A stretch of DNA of 58,238 nucleotides, from NCBI GenBank assembly GCA_938091905.1, contig CALKOM010000128.1:1-58238 (forward strand), written 5' to 3'. The notes under the pieces are model-generated. The model searched no databases. It was given only the letters and a program-made list of their open reading frames with translations, and was not told where the DNA came from. Shown here one piece after another: positions 47,490 to 57,360 of the stretch (position 1 is the stretch's first letter; each line of letters begins with the position of its first letter). A program made the position numbers and the translations under genes. The DNA comes from an uncultured Verrucomicrobiales bacterium (GTDB lineage: Bacteria; Verrucomicrobiota; Verrucomicrobiia; Verrucomicrobiales; DEV007).

Positions 47490-49087
47490 GCCTACCGCTT
47501 AGCTGATGGGTGATAGCGAAGGCAACAACGGGTGCGACGAACCACTGAGCGAGGTTGCGAACACGAGAAGCATTCATGGCAGATTCCCCTCAAGACCCTT
47601 GATACGTTCGTCCAGCTGAGCTGCTTGCCGCTCAGCTGGTGGCAAAGAGTAGGCCCATTCCAAGGCGGCGGCCGCATCGTGCTCGGCCCATCCACTAAAC
47701 AGCGTCTGGTGAGCGATCGCTCGCCAAGCGGGTTCTTAAATCGTCGCCGCAGCAGCCTCGGCACGATGTGAATCGATGTGAATCAACGATTGGATGGCCT
47801 CTCTAATATGGCCATAGACCAAGGCTTCGTTGAGATCGTCGCCCAGCAGGCCCTTGCCTATCAGATTCACTACTTCGAGATTTCTCCCTCCGAACTCCTG
47901 AGCATATTCGCTCTGTCTGGCCGGATCGGGAATGCTCTTGATGAAGTCCGTTACCATATCGTCATGATCGCTCCTCCAGTGGCGAAGACTGGATTCTAAC
48001 AAGGCCTTTATGCCGCATTGTTAGTTTCACTTTCGAGAACGCGATCGACCCAGGGATATCCTCCGTCTCCGGTCGCCAACTAGAGTGGAGAGCCTCTTAT
48101 GCATCATTGTTAGTTTCACTTTCGAGAAACGCGATCGCCCCAGGGATATCCTCCGTCTCCAGTCGCCAACTAGAGTGGAGATCCACCCGCTCCACTTCTT
48201 TCGCTAGCGGCCCGAGCAAACGAGCCGCCTCGACCGGATCTTGTGGCAGGGCTTTCAAACTACGGAACAATGAGAATAGCCTTGTTGGGTGCTTCTCTAA
48301 CAAATCGGCGGCTTCCTCGATCGGAAGGCGCCCCAAGGCCAATCTCGTATTCTCCAGGTGATGGTATTTGGAAATACCCGCTTCACTCAAATGCCGTATT
48401 GCTGATTCTAAATCCGTCTTGACCAACCGATTGATCACAGTAGTCATGGCGACTTCCGGCAAGGCTTCGAAGCTGCTAGCCCCCTCGAACGGCAACTATG
48501 TCGCCTTCATTCGAGCGAGACCGATGACGGCCTCTCGTTGCCTCGGACGCTTCGCTTTGATCGCCGCTTTCTCTGCGGCAGCGAAATCCTTCCACGCCCA
48601 GCTCTCAATGATCGGTTGGAGACGAGTGCGATGATCTGCAAGTTCGAATGCTCTTGCAGGATCTTCTAGGACCAAAGCAGCGATCAAATCCGCATCCCAC
48701 CGATGCCGTTTGGGATCGAGGCTCTCCCACGGAGTAGCGGGATCCTCTTTAGCCAGCCAGCACGAGATGATGGCCTGAAGAGGCTGATGTCTCCCTATTG
48801 CCTCAAGCCAGGCTAACAAGCCCTCGCGGTCACGTTGAAACCAATGCGCCACGATCAGGAGGACCTCTGACGAAGTGCCGCTCACACTCCTGTCTTGAGC
48901 ATTCTTAAGAAAAACAGGCAGCGCTTCTGCTGTCGCCGTGAGGCAGGGATGATCCTTCAGTGGAATCGCTTGACTTCTTGTTAGAACACGCTTTCCCAAC
49001 AGCGTGATTTCCTCTGAAATCTGGTTAGGAGTAAACTCTGAGGGCAAAGGATGCAAGCATGCATCCAATCCAGAAGACAATGCGCAT
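47490..49087 (-). pseudogene. Fragmented helical-repeat (DPxAAxxW-type) membrane-anchored protein
   Basis: Start MRIVFWIGCMLASFAL at 49087; fragments with WFQRDREGLLAWL, WLAKEDPA, EDPARAFELA, WAWKDFAAAEKA and WRSDHD..TDFIKSIPD; in-frame stop at 48496 plus frameshifts. Confidence 0.7.
48004..48181. repeat. Tandem duplication, two ~88-90 bp copies
   Basis: CATTGTTAGTTTCACTTTCGAGAA...GGGATATCCTCCGTCTCC.GTCGCCAACTAGAGTGGAGA occurs at ~48016-48091 and ~48105-48181 with few differences. Confidence 0.92.
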
Positions 49088-49193
49088 GGAGAAGAGCCTA
49101 TCGCATTCCCTGTTCGCTGAAAGAGGAATGCACCATCTCCAATTCTTCACCCCGCATTCACGTTGGTTTCACACAACGAGTCGAGGCTGCTAC

Positions 49194-49574
49194 ATGCATC
49201 CAGAATACAAGATCGCCACCTTGTTCTTCGTCTCCATGTTTCACCTAGTGCTTCCCTTGTTCATTGGGGGAGTCGTTGCGCTCTTCTCGAGGAGAACACG
49301 CCATGTGAAGTGGACACTTCCGACGCTCGCGGGTACAGGCCAAGCCTGGTTGATCGGAGTTAGTGTCGCTTGGCCAAATCTTGGCAGTTGGCAAGTGCTC
49401 GTGCTGTTCAGCCTCGCGGTGTGGGTTGTGCTAGATTGGAGCTCTAAGAAGTTGCAGAGAGAATCTCTCATCCGCTCTTACGGAGATACCTGGCTGGTCG
49501 CCGTGCTGAAATCGACCGCCATTCTGGTTGGGTGCTCCCTGGTAGCCATCGTGACCGCACCGCAACATTTGTAA
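49194..49574 (+). CDS. Small hypothetical membrane protein (~4 TM)
   Basis: Four hydrophobic stretches; the start is uncertain (frame open from 49059). Confidence 0.5.
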   Translation: MHPEYKIATLFFVSMFHLVLPLFIGGVVALFSRRTRHVKWTLPTLAGTGQAWLIGVSVAWPNLGSWQVLVLFSLAVWVVLDWSSKKLQRESLIRSYGDTWLVAVLKSTAILVGCSLVAIVTAPQHL

Positions 49575-49852
49575 TAGGAAGCTACGCTAGGCCATCCGTG
49601 CGGTGCCCATTTAGATTTCTTCGGATCGGAGCCATGGCGCCAGTTTGGAGGACTCCGGTAGTTCATGACGCTCTTTGGGTCGAGAACCCTCATATGTTCC
49701 CTCATCATGCTGCTTATCACCTGATTTGAGACCAACGTAATCTTCGGCCATTCCTGATCCTTCTACTCCCCGTAATCGGCCTCAGCATTCACGTATTGGC
49801 GCTCACGGTTTCCGACTTGGACTCGTCGACGACCTCCAGCATGCTCTCTCTT

Positions 49853-50776
49853 ATGAAACTCGCTCTCCTCCTCACCCCTATGTCCGCGCATCACCTAACC
49901 TTGGCCGCTCAGGTCGGGGCGTCCGACATCGTAGGGACGTTTCCCAGCACAGATCTGGATACGCTGAAGCAGCAGTGTGCGCTAGCGGAAGAACACGGGC
50001 TGAACATCAGCGTGATCGAGCGTCACCTCCCGCATGACCTCCTGGTCCACGGTCGACCAGGAAAGGAAACGCAGCTGAAGGGCTTCAAGGCGCTTATTCG
50101 GAACATGAGCACCTGCGGGATTCGGACCCTTTGCTACAACTGGATGCCGGACGATGACTGGCAACGAACCTCCTTTGCAGCGCCCGAGCGTGGAGGCGCG
50201 TTAGTCACCGAGTTCGTGCTCTCACAGGTCGACCAAACGCCGTCGGGAGAGACAACCTCGGCGGCGGCGCTCTGGCAGCATCTCGAGTTCTTTCTCAAAG
50301 AGATCGCTCCGTTTGCTGAAGATCATGGCGTGACCCTCGCCTTGCATCCGGATGATCCACCGCTGCCGAACCTGCGTGGTCAGGATCGCATCATCGTCAA
50401 CTACGAGGCCTTTGAACGCGTACTCAACCTTTGTGATAGTTCAGCAAATCAACTTTGCTTCTGTCAGGGCTCCTTCGCTTCAGGATGTGAGGACATCCCG
50501 GCGGGCATCCGTCGCTTTGCCGGAAAGATCGCCTTCGCCCATTTCCGCGATGTCCAAGGCAAAGCGACTCAGTTTCGTGAGTCCTTCCATGACACGGGAA
50601 AGACGGACATGGCGGCCTCCATCCGCGCTTACCGGGAAACGGGCTTTGACGGACCGATCCGCCCCGATCACGTGCCGACGCTCGCAGGGGAGACGAATGA
50701 GAATCCCGGCTACGAAATGTTAGGACGCCTGCATGCCATTGGCTATATGAAAGGCCTTATCGACGGTACCGCGTAG
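49853..50776 (+). CDS. uxuA: Mannonate dehydratase
   Basis: CYNWMP..DW.RT, LALHPDDPP, LCFCQGSF, FAHFRDV, FRESFHD.G, RPDHVP and GYEMLGRLHAIGYMKGL. Confidence 0.9.
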   Translation: MKLALLLTPMSAHHLTLAAQVGASDIVGTFPSTDLDTLKQQCALAEEHGLNISVIERHLPHDLLVHGRPGKETQLKGFKALIRNMSTCGIRTLCYNWMPDDDWQRTSFAAPERGGALVTEFVLSQVDQTPSGETTSAAALWQHLEFFLKEIAPFAEDHGVTLALHPDDPPLPNLRGQDRIIVNYEAFERVLNLCDSSANQLCFCQGSFASGCEDIPAGIRRFAGKIAFAHFRDVQGKATQFRESFHDTGKTDMAASIRAYRETGFDGPIRPDHVPTLAGETNENPGYEMLGRLHAIGYMKGLIDGTA

Positions 50777-50842
50777 TTTCACATCTAATTGTCGACCAGG
50801 CGGTAGCAGCCTCTGGATCAGAGTGCTACAAACGACCTGAAT

Positions 50843-53800
50843 TTACTCGACCAATCTTGCCCGGAGCCGAAAGAAATGCCGATCGTGGACCATCAAGGGG
50901 GTCACGCTTCGGAACGTCAAGGTCTCCTGGCCGTTGCCGAGGTCGAGCGTGATGGGATCTTGAGTGAAGACTTGGCCAGAGCCATCACCGTTGAAGTACC
51001 ATTGGCCCAAGGCATCGGATAGCTCAAGCATCCAAATGACGCCGCTGTTGCCGCGTGGTCTTGTCAGGACGAGGCCGTCCTGTGACTCACTAGATTCGAT
51101 GTCGGGAACGTCTCCTCCAATTTTGGGATCGACGCCAGCACCGAATTCGATAACGTTTAGATAGCCATCATAGTCTGGGTCTGCTTGAGGACCTGACACT
51201 GCCAGATCGAGCAATTCAGTTGGAGTGAAGTTTGCTACCTGCCAGATTTCGAAGGCGGGTGGTTCTCCCTCCCCAGGGGTGCCGCCGAAGGTGCTGCTGC
51301 CCGTCCAACTAGCCGAAAGGGAATGGTCAGGAGTGCTTTTTGGGTCGATCAGTTTCAGGGAATAGCCGAGGCCGTCGGGTGCGATGGGCCAGGGAAAGGT
51401 GTCAGCGTAAGTGAAGTCATGAATGGCAGATCCTGCTCCGAAGGATAATTTGAGCTGTTCGCCGCCGTTGCTGAGTTTGTCAGGTCCATAAGCGCCAGCA
51501 ACGGGCAGTCCGGTTCCGTAGCGCAGCTCGAACGCTGCTAGATTCCGGACGAGGAGGACGAACTCGCCTGGCGACAGGGAGGTGATAGTTCCATTCACGA
51601 AATCAAAATTCACACCTTTGGTGAACCGTAGTTCTGTCAGATCAAGCGTGCTGGACGTACTGATATTTTGAAGCTCAAGGAACTCGAAATCACTGTCACT
51701 GTAACCCAAACCTATCTCGGAGGCGCTTGCAGATACTGGATGATACATGAGTTCCGTGATCATGAGATGGTTTATCCAAACCGTCAGATCAGGGGCCCCG
51801 GCGACAAATTGAATGGCGTCTGACCAGTGACTCCACCGACCGCTGGTGTCCCGGTGTCGTGCGCGCACTCGGTAGGTGCAGCCCTCACGAATCTCGGCTG
51901 GAGGCACGGTGAACACATTGGCGAATGGCGTGATCTCTGCACTCTCCCACACGGCTTCGATCTCGTATTTCCGAGGAGTAGTCAGATCGTAACCTGGCGT
52001 CGAGGGATTCGCGATCTCGGCCACACGCCATTTAATCGCACCGAAGGTCCCAGTCCCCTGCGGATCGACAAAAGCGCTGGTGCTGAAGGTCAGGTCATTC
52101 GTGGCGAAGCTTGAGCCAGCATGGGCAATGGTCGGTTTTAATGGAATGCTAGCATCACTAGCTTCCTGAGCGAGAAACTCATAGCCGTAGCCATTCTGGA
52201 TGCCATTTCCGGGAGCCCACGTGACTCCGGTATAGGTATCGGTGGTGTAGTCCCGAATATATTCGACCGAGCCTTCGTGATCTTGCGAAATCAAGGTCCG
52301 CGTCCATTGCCCTCCGAATCTCGAATCTTGGAAGGGTGACACGAAGAAGTTTCCTTTGTGATTCCCCTGACCCCAGGCATTGCCAATGGTTCCACGGGTA
52401 CGAGGGTGGAAGTTCCACATGTATTGATCAATGTCAGACCAGGTCATTTCTTGGCCAGGCGGATTCACAATGTCGGCGTATTCATCGATAAGCTGACCAA
52501 TCTGCCCGCCCTCATCGCTGGCATCCGAGCAGATGAGATCGAGTAGCTCCCGACAGCGATTCTTGAACTCAATATCGATCACGGGGATGTTCAAACACGC
52601 CTCCTGTTGAATCACGCCAGGCCAGTGTGTTTCTGCAATGAACATCATGTCTAGATCCCACGGCATCACTTGCCATTGCCCATTCGGATGGTGATAGAAA
52701 TAGTGATTGTAACCGTCCCTTACATCCACATTCCCCAAGATTCGATTGCAACCACGGAAAGTGTAGTAGTCCTGCAGATTCATGTTCGACCGCCAATAAG
52801 CTTCCGTCTGCGTGCTACCAGAATTCCCTGCAAACGTACTCCAATCGGATGAATTCGTTGGCTGCATGGCGCCTTGATGCTTCTTGTCACCACCACCACC
52901 TTCAATCTTGTAGACGTTTCCGTCCGGAAGATCTCGATCGTCTAGAAACGACCCGTCCGGTTGTTCAATGGCCGTATAGAGGCCCCAGAGATCTCCAGCA
53001 TACTGATCAGACGGCGCTTCTGCAGCGTCATCAACCACGCGGAAATGGACATGATGGAGATTTGGACTGGCCATGCCCGCGAGAGCAAAGAGCCGATAGG
53101 AGATCGCTTCATCAATCCCAGCCATGCCACGATGGACGGGGGCCCAAGGGCTCGCACACGAATCGAAGTTCAAGTCATCCCACGGCGACTCGTACTTCTT
53201 TCCCCACTGATCGCGGGCTTCAAAGTCTCGGGTGCGATTGAAGCGAAATCGCCATTTGTTCTTGCCGCTTTGATAGGTGGAGGCCTCGCCCCGGTTCTCG
53301 AAGGTGATATGGTCATAAACCTTACCCTCATAAACCATCGTTCCAAACATGTGCACCCCATCAGAGCTACCGTTGTACTGACTATTCGTCACGTCTGTTT
53401 CATTGGCGATGAGTTGATACACCGGCATCGACTCCATCAAGGAAGCTGGGAACGTCTTCGTCGGCGTGACGCCAGGACGATCAGCGCCAGTCCACGCAGG
53501 GACACCATCATAGACATAATAAGCGAAGTTCGGGCTCTCATCATCCGCGTACGGAACGGAGGAGGCATTCCCCAGGCTATCTTCAATGTGAAGCCGATAC
53601 CGAACGAGCCGCCGATGATTGTGCAAGCTCGTAGGCATGGTCAGACTGTAAACAAAGTCGCCAGCAATGGCATCACCACTAGTGCCGTCATCGAGCATGG
53701 CCACCGTCGTCCAGCTCGTCTCGTAAACCGCGTCCGTGCGGCGGATATAGGTGCCAGGGTTGACGAGTTGGTAGCTCAGCGTGACGGGACCCATTCCGTC

Positions 53801-55354
53801 GGGGTCCGTGATTTTTGCCGTGATGACCACGTTCTCGGTTGCCGTGGGTTGCTTTGGAAGATGCTCCACTTGCCGAATCTGTGGAGGTACGGATGCAGAG
53901 AAGACTGAATTCACGGCACCCGGTGTTGGTGTGTTAGGTGCGATCACCGTTCCTCCAGCCCGCCAGGAACCTCCCAAGTCGTTGTCCAGTTCCGGATGAA
54001 CCAGCTCCATCGAACTGCCTGCTCCGTCTGAGCCGGTCGGCCAAGGAAAGCCCACACCGTAATCCACGTAGTCCATTCTCAATCCCGAAGCATCTTCGAG
54101 CTCGAGGTCTTCTCCTCGTCCACTCAGTCCACCGGAATATGGCCCTAAAGCAGAGATGCCAAAAAGTGTCTGAATCCTTGCCAGATCCTCCGCGATGACA
54201 AGGTAGCCTCGCGCCGGAATCAGCGTGTCCGCAGGAAAAGTAAAGTCGATGGCTCGATTCAAACGCCAACCAGAGATGTCGATCGGCACATCCCCAGAAT
54301 TGTGGATCTCGACAAATTCCTCGGCAGAGGTGTTATCAATGGGATTGTAGTGGAGTTCATTGATAACCACATTCCCAGGGTCAATAGCTCCCGTCGTGAA
54401 ACTCTCGGTAGCTGAAGCCCAGGCCGTTCCTGCAACATTGCTAGCAAAAGCGCGGAAGTAATAGATGGTGTTCGGGGTAAGCCCAGTCAGGTAACCCGTT
54501 TGGGCACCGGCAAAAGTCCCCATGACCGTCGATGATGTCCAAGCGCTCGAATCAGTCCCGCCATCCGCCGTGCCATAGTAGAGAGTCACTTCAGGTAGAT
54601 CGCCTCCAGCATCGGTGACATCCGCCCCTGGATTCGCCACCGTGCCACCGATTTCCGCTGGCACAACGTTAGCAACGGTAGGCGGCTCAGGATCTGCCAA
54701 TAGAGTGCTGGTCAATCTCACATGATCGAAATGCGAACGGTGACTTGTAGCATCATCGCCAAGAAAGACGACGACGTATCCGATCGGCGAAGTCGCTCCA
54801 GTTTCGTAGGTAAGTGTAAAGTCTGTGAACGTGAGGTTTGGGGTCCCGCCAAAGTCGACGGCGCGCGAGGCCTCAGCCAGTAAGGGATCATTGACCAGCG
54901 CATCGTTTGTATTCGCATACGGAAGCGAATTTGTAGGTCCGGGTACTTGAACAGAATGGGTCAGCCCGATGATGGCGAGCGCACCAGCAGGTTCAGATCG
55001 GTCTCCGACACCTACCGTGAGTTCGTACCTTGTCTTCGGGGCCCATTGAACTCCTGTGTTTTGAAACACATAGTAGTTATTCTGCATACCCAAATGCTGG
55101 TTTCCCTCAGCGGAGAACGTCGGGATGTATTCAATGAACGTGGCGCCATTGTTGTTGCCCGCTTGCCCGAGCCAGTCAGGCCCATTTCCTACCAGGTCAG
55201 GATCAGCAAGGGTATTTATCCAACTTCCCGAATTCAGTATTGGCCGCTCGAAACTTGCATTGTTGATCGGAACAGGTGCGGCCCGAGCAACAAGAAGGAG
55301 AGCGAGCCAAGCAAGAAGAAGAAGAAGGGTAGGCAGACTCAATCGGAATCTCAT
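50843..55354 (-). CDS. Large secreted protein: carbohydrate-binding-like N-domain, FN3-like, lamin-tail domains, CotH-kinase-like domain and C-terminal tail module
   Basis: Signal (..VARA), INELHYNP..EFVEIHN and ITELMYHP..EFLELQN (LTD), RGEASTY...KNKWRFRF, HNHYFY...WQVMPWDLD (CotH-like), DPDYDGYLNVIEF and LSDALGQW...FFRLRA. Confidence 0.85.
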   Translation of the reverse strand: MRFRLSLPTLLLLLAWLALLLVARAAPVPINNASFERPILNSGSWINTLADPDLVGNGPDWLGQAGNNNGATFIEYIPTFSAEGNQHLGMQNNYYVFQNTGVQWAPKTRYELTVGVGDRSEPAGALAIIGLTHSVQVPGPTNSLPYANTNDALVNDPLLAEASRAVDFGGTPNLTFTDFTLTYETGATSPIGYVVVFLGDDATSHRSHFDHVRLTSTLLADPEPPTVANVVPAEIGGTVANPGADVTDAGGDLPEVTLYYGTADGGTDSSAWTSSTVMGTFAGAQTGYLTGLTPNTIYYFRAFASNVAGTAWASATESFTTGAIDPGNVVINELHYNPIDNTSAEEFVEIHNSGDVPIDISGWRLNRAIDFTFPADTLIPARGYLVIAEDLARIQTLFGISALGPYSGGLSGRGEDLELEDASGLRMDYVDYGVGFPWPTGSDGAGSSMELVHPELDNDLGGSWRAGGTVIAPNTPTPGAVNSVFSASVPPQIRQVEHLPKQPTATENVVITAKITDPDGMGPVTLSYQLVNPGTYIRRTDAVYETSWTTVAMLDDGTSGDAIAGDFVYSLTMPTSLHNHRRLVRYRLHIEDSLGNASSVPYADDESPNFAYYVYDGVPAWTGADRPGVTPTKTFPASLMESMPVYQLIANETDVTNSQYNGSSDGVHMFGTMVYEGKVYDHITFENRGEASTYQSGKNKWRFRFNRTRDFEARDQWGKKYESPWDDLNFDSCASPWAPVHRGMAGIDEAISYRLFALAGMASPNLHHVHFRVVDDAAEAPSDQYAGDLWGLYTAIEQPDGSFLDDRDLPDGNVYKIEGGGGDKKHQGAMQPTNSSDWSTFAGNSGSTQTEAYWRSNMNLQDYYTFRGCNRILGNVDVRDGYNHYFYHHPNGQWQVMPWDLDMMFIAETHWPGVIQQEACLNIPVIDIEFKNRCRELLDLICSDASDEGGQIGQLIDEYADIVNPPGQEMTWSDIDQYMWNFHPRTRGTIGNAWGQGNHKGNFFVSPFQDSRFGGQWTRTLISQDHEGSVEYIRDYTTDTYTGVTWAPGNGIQNGYGYEFLAQEASDASIPLKPTIAHAGSSFATNDLTFSTSAFVDPQGTGTFGAIKWRVAEIANPSTPGYDLTTPRKYEIEAVWESAEITPFANVFTVPPAEIREGCTYRVRARHRDTSGRWSHWSDAIQFVAGAPDLTVWINHLMITELMYHPVSASASEIGLGYSDSDFEFLELQNISTSSTLDLTELRFTKGVNFDFVNGTITSLSPGEFVLLVRNLAAFELRYGTGLPVAGAYGPDKLSNGGEQLKLSFGAGSAIHDFTYADTFPWPIAPDGLGYSLKLIDPKSTPDHSLSASWTGSSTFGGTPGEGEPPAFEIWQVANFTPTELLDLAVSGPQADPDYDGYLNVIEFGAGVDPKIGGDVPDIESSESQDGLVLTRPRGNSGVIWMLELSDALGQWYFNGDGSGQVFTQDPITLDLGNGQETLTFRSVTPLMVHDRHFFRLRARLVE

Positions 55355-55477
55355 GGGGGCCGCTAACATACAACCTTTCCCTGCTCCTGGCGACCGATGA
55401 TCTTACCGACAACGGGGCATATTCCTACTTGCGTCCCGGGCAAACAGCCCACAATTTCAAGGTGTCACCCAAGCGAT

Positions 55478-55552
55478 GCGCGAGTAGCTCAGTGGTAGAG
55501 CAACTGGTTTACACCCAGTTGGTCGGCGGTTCGACCCCGTCCTCGCGCACCA
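55478..55552 (+). tRNA. tRNA-Val (anticodon TAC)
   Basis: Acceptor stem GCGCGAG/CTCGCGC, D arm AGCTCAGTGGTAGAGC, anticodon stem ACTGG/CCAGT with loop TTTACAC, T-loop GGTTCGACCC and encoded CCA. Confidence 0.97.
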
Positions 55553-55699
55553 CCTCCAACCAAGGAGGCTAGCGTGCTCACGGGTTTAGTCTACGGCTCG
55601 ACACCAAGGTTTGGGGGCGCCATTCCCTCGCTATCGGAGCGCCCCTCCAGAAACGGAAACCCGTCCCACGGCTTGCGAGGACTCATTCATTCTACGTCC

Positions 55700-57346
55700 C
55701 TAACGATCTTTGACATCAGACCAGTCCTGCTTGGCGGGTCTGCGGATTCCTTCGACCACGTTTGCTTCGAGACCTTCACTCTGCATCCACTCGGCAGCAG
55801 CCGTGGGATCCGTGCGCATCCATGAACGCCCAGCGTTGATAAGGGCACCTTGACGAATCTTGGGATCAGCAATCGTTTCCGCCCACGTCACCGCCGAGGA
55901 TGGATCCGAGTTGGACAGTGTCTGGGCGAAGCCACCAACCGCACGGTCACGCTGTTCTGAGGGTCCCATGGACGCGAGGTATTCACTGGCCTCGCGCGGG
56001 TCGCCACGTTTCACCCATTCAGTTAGGGCAGCGGACATGCCGTAGGCTTTGGCATCACCGTCAGGTAAAGTCTCTAACCATGCCACCGTTGCAGCCGGAT
56101 CGCGCTCGGCCCATTCATCGCTCACCTCATGGATGACCTTGGTGCCAGCGTCGGTGTCCGAAAGGGCGGTTGCCCACTCCGCAGCAGCCTGGGGATCTTC
56201 GGCCACAAAGTCCGTCGCCACGCGGTACAAGGCTGCCGTTTTCACATTACCATCGGGCAATTGATCAGCCCAACCTACGGAAGCCTTGACATCGCGCTGG
56301 TCCAACACACGTTCTGTTAGCATCTCCATGTATCTCCAAGAGCCACGATCCTTGGCGTCGGCACGCGAAACGACATACTCGGTGGCCCGGTCAATATTGC
56401 CATCTGCTAGTCCAGAAACAAGGTTCCACCGAAGACCACCTGCCAACTTTCCATCCTCAATTGCATCTACATAGGCAATGGCGGCATCGGGATCGGAACT
56501 GCCCCAGCCCCGGACTACTTGGCTGCGATAGCCATAGTTTTCCTCGTCGCTCATCTCGTCTTTCATCTCATCGGCAAACGCCATAGCCGCTGGTCCATCG
56601 AGTGCTGCCCAGGCATACACTAGCGATCCCATTTGATCGGGCTTGGCACCTGCCAAATGCATGGCCCCTAGAATCTCAGCGGCATTCTCGGAGCTAAGAT
56701 TTTCTAGCAACTGCGCCATGGCACGCGTCCGCTCCACGGGATTCGACGAGGTCGCCGATTTGGCCAACATTTGAAAATCCTTGCCTGAGGCTCCTTGGCT
56801 CGATCCTTCAGCAAGTTCTCCTTTCCCACTGGGATCCCGCTGCCCCTTGCCTTCAGGTCCAAGAATCGAAGGGCCAGATGACTGGCCCCCATAAATCGAT
56901 CGATCGGCCCCTGAGCCTGTGGCCGGGTCTGCCGGGCGTTGGGTTCCAACATAATAGGCGCCTGCTGCAATGCAGACCCAAATGAGGTGTAGAGCTATGG
57001 ACGCTTTCATAAGGGCAATGAGTCGTTGTTTGTTTGAGTATCGGTTCAGGAATGACGTTTCTCCACTGCGAATTGTCTCAGGCACGGCTGATTGTGACAA
57101 TTTTCTCTGAGAGATTCTTCTTTGTTCTGCCAAACGATGCCGCAGGGCATCGGCAAAGCGGCTTCCCTCACGATCTGCATCCTCCGACAACGCAATCATC
57201 TCAGAGGTCTCTAACTGTTCGCTCAGTTCCGTCGCCAAGGACGGCTCTTTTTCTATCAATTGCGTCAGTTCGATCGAGTCGTCTACAGGCAACGGCCCTT
57301 CAGCCAAACGGCTCATCAGTTCTTCAAAACGATGGATGGTATTCAT
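55700..57346 (-). CDS. Putative anti-sigma factor: N-terminal anti-sigma-like helices, one TM, periplasmic DPxAAxxW helical repeats
   Basis: Begins 14 bp after the ECF sigma stop. FEELMSRLAEG.L...DSIELTQLI, TM LHLIWVCIAAGAYYVG, then repeats DGPAAMAF, DPDAAIAY, DPQAAAEW, DPAATVAW, DPSSAVTW and DPTAAAEW. Confidence 0.65.
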   Translation of the reverse strand: MNTIHRFEELMSRLAEGPLPVDDSIELTQLIEKEPSLATELSEQLETSEMIALSEDADREGSRFADALRHRLAEQRRISQRKLSQSAVPETIRSGETSFLNRYSNKQRLIALMKASIALHLIWVCIAAGAYYVGTQRPADPATGSGADRSIYGGQSSGPSILGPEGKGQRDPSGKGELAEGSSQGASGKDFQMLAKSATSSNPVERTRAMAQLLENLSSENAAEILGAMHLAGAKPDQMGSLVYAWAALDGPAAMAFADEMKDEMSDEENYGYRSQVVRGWGSSDPDAAIAYVDAIEDGKLAGGLRWNLVSGLADGNIDRATEYVVSRADAKDRGSWRYMEMLTERVLDQRDVKASVGWADQLPDGNVKTAALYRVATDFVAEDPQAAAEWATALSDTDAGTKVIHEVSDEWAERDPAATVAWLETLPDGDAKAYGMSAALTEWVKRGDPREASEYLASMGPSEQRDRAVGGFAQTLSNSDPSSAVTWAETIADPKIRQGALINAGRSWMRTDPTAAAEWMQSEGLEANVVEGIRRPAKQDWSDVKDR

Positions 57347-57360
57347 ACGTGTGTGCTCGT

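Noticed and set aside
48004..48181. Possible CRISPR or other repeat-spacer array
   Set aside because: Only two adjacent ~89-bp copies with no unique spacers and no cas genes.
49575..49800. Possible small gene or remnant between the membrane protein and uxuA
   Set aside because: Short ORFs on both strands have no motif I can support.
55478..55552. tRNA-Val as a genomic-island integration site
   Set aside because: No integrase and no duplicated tRNA 3' end were seen in the window.
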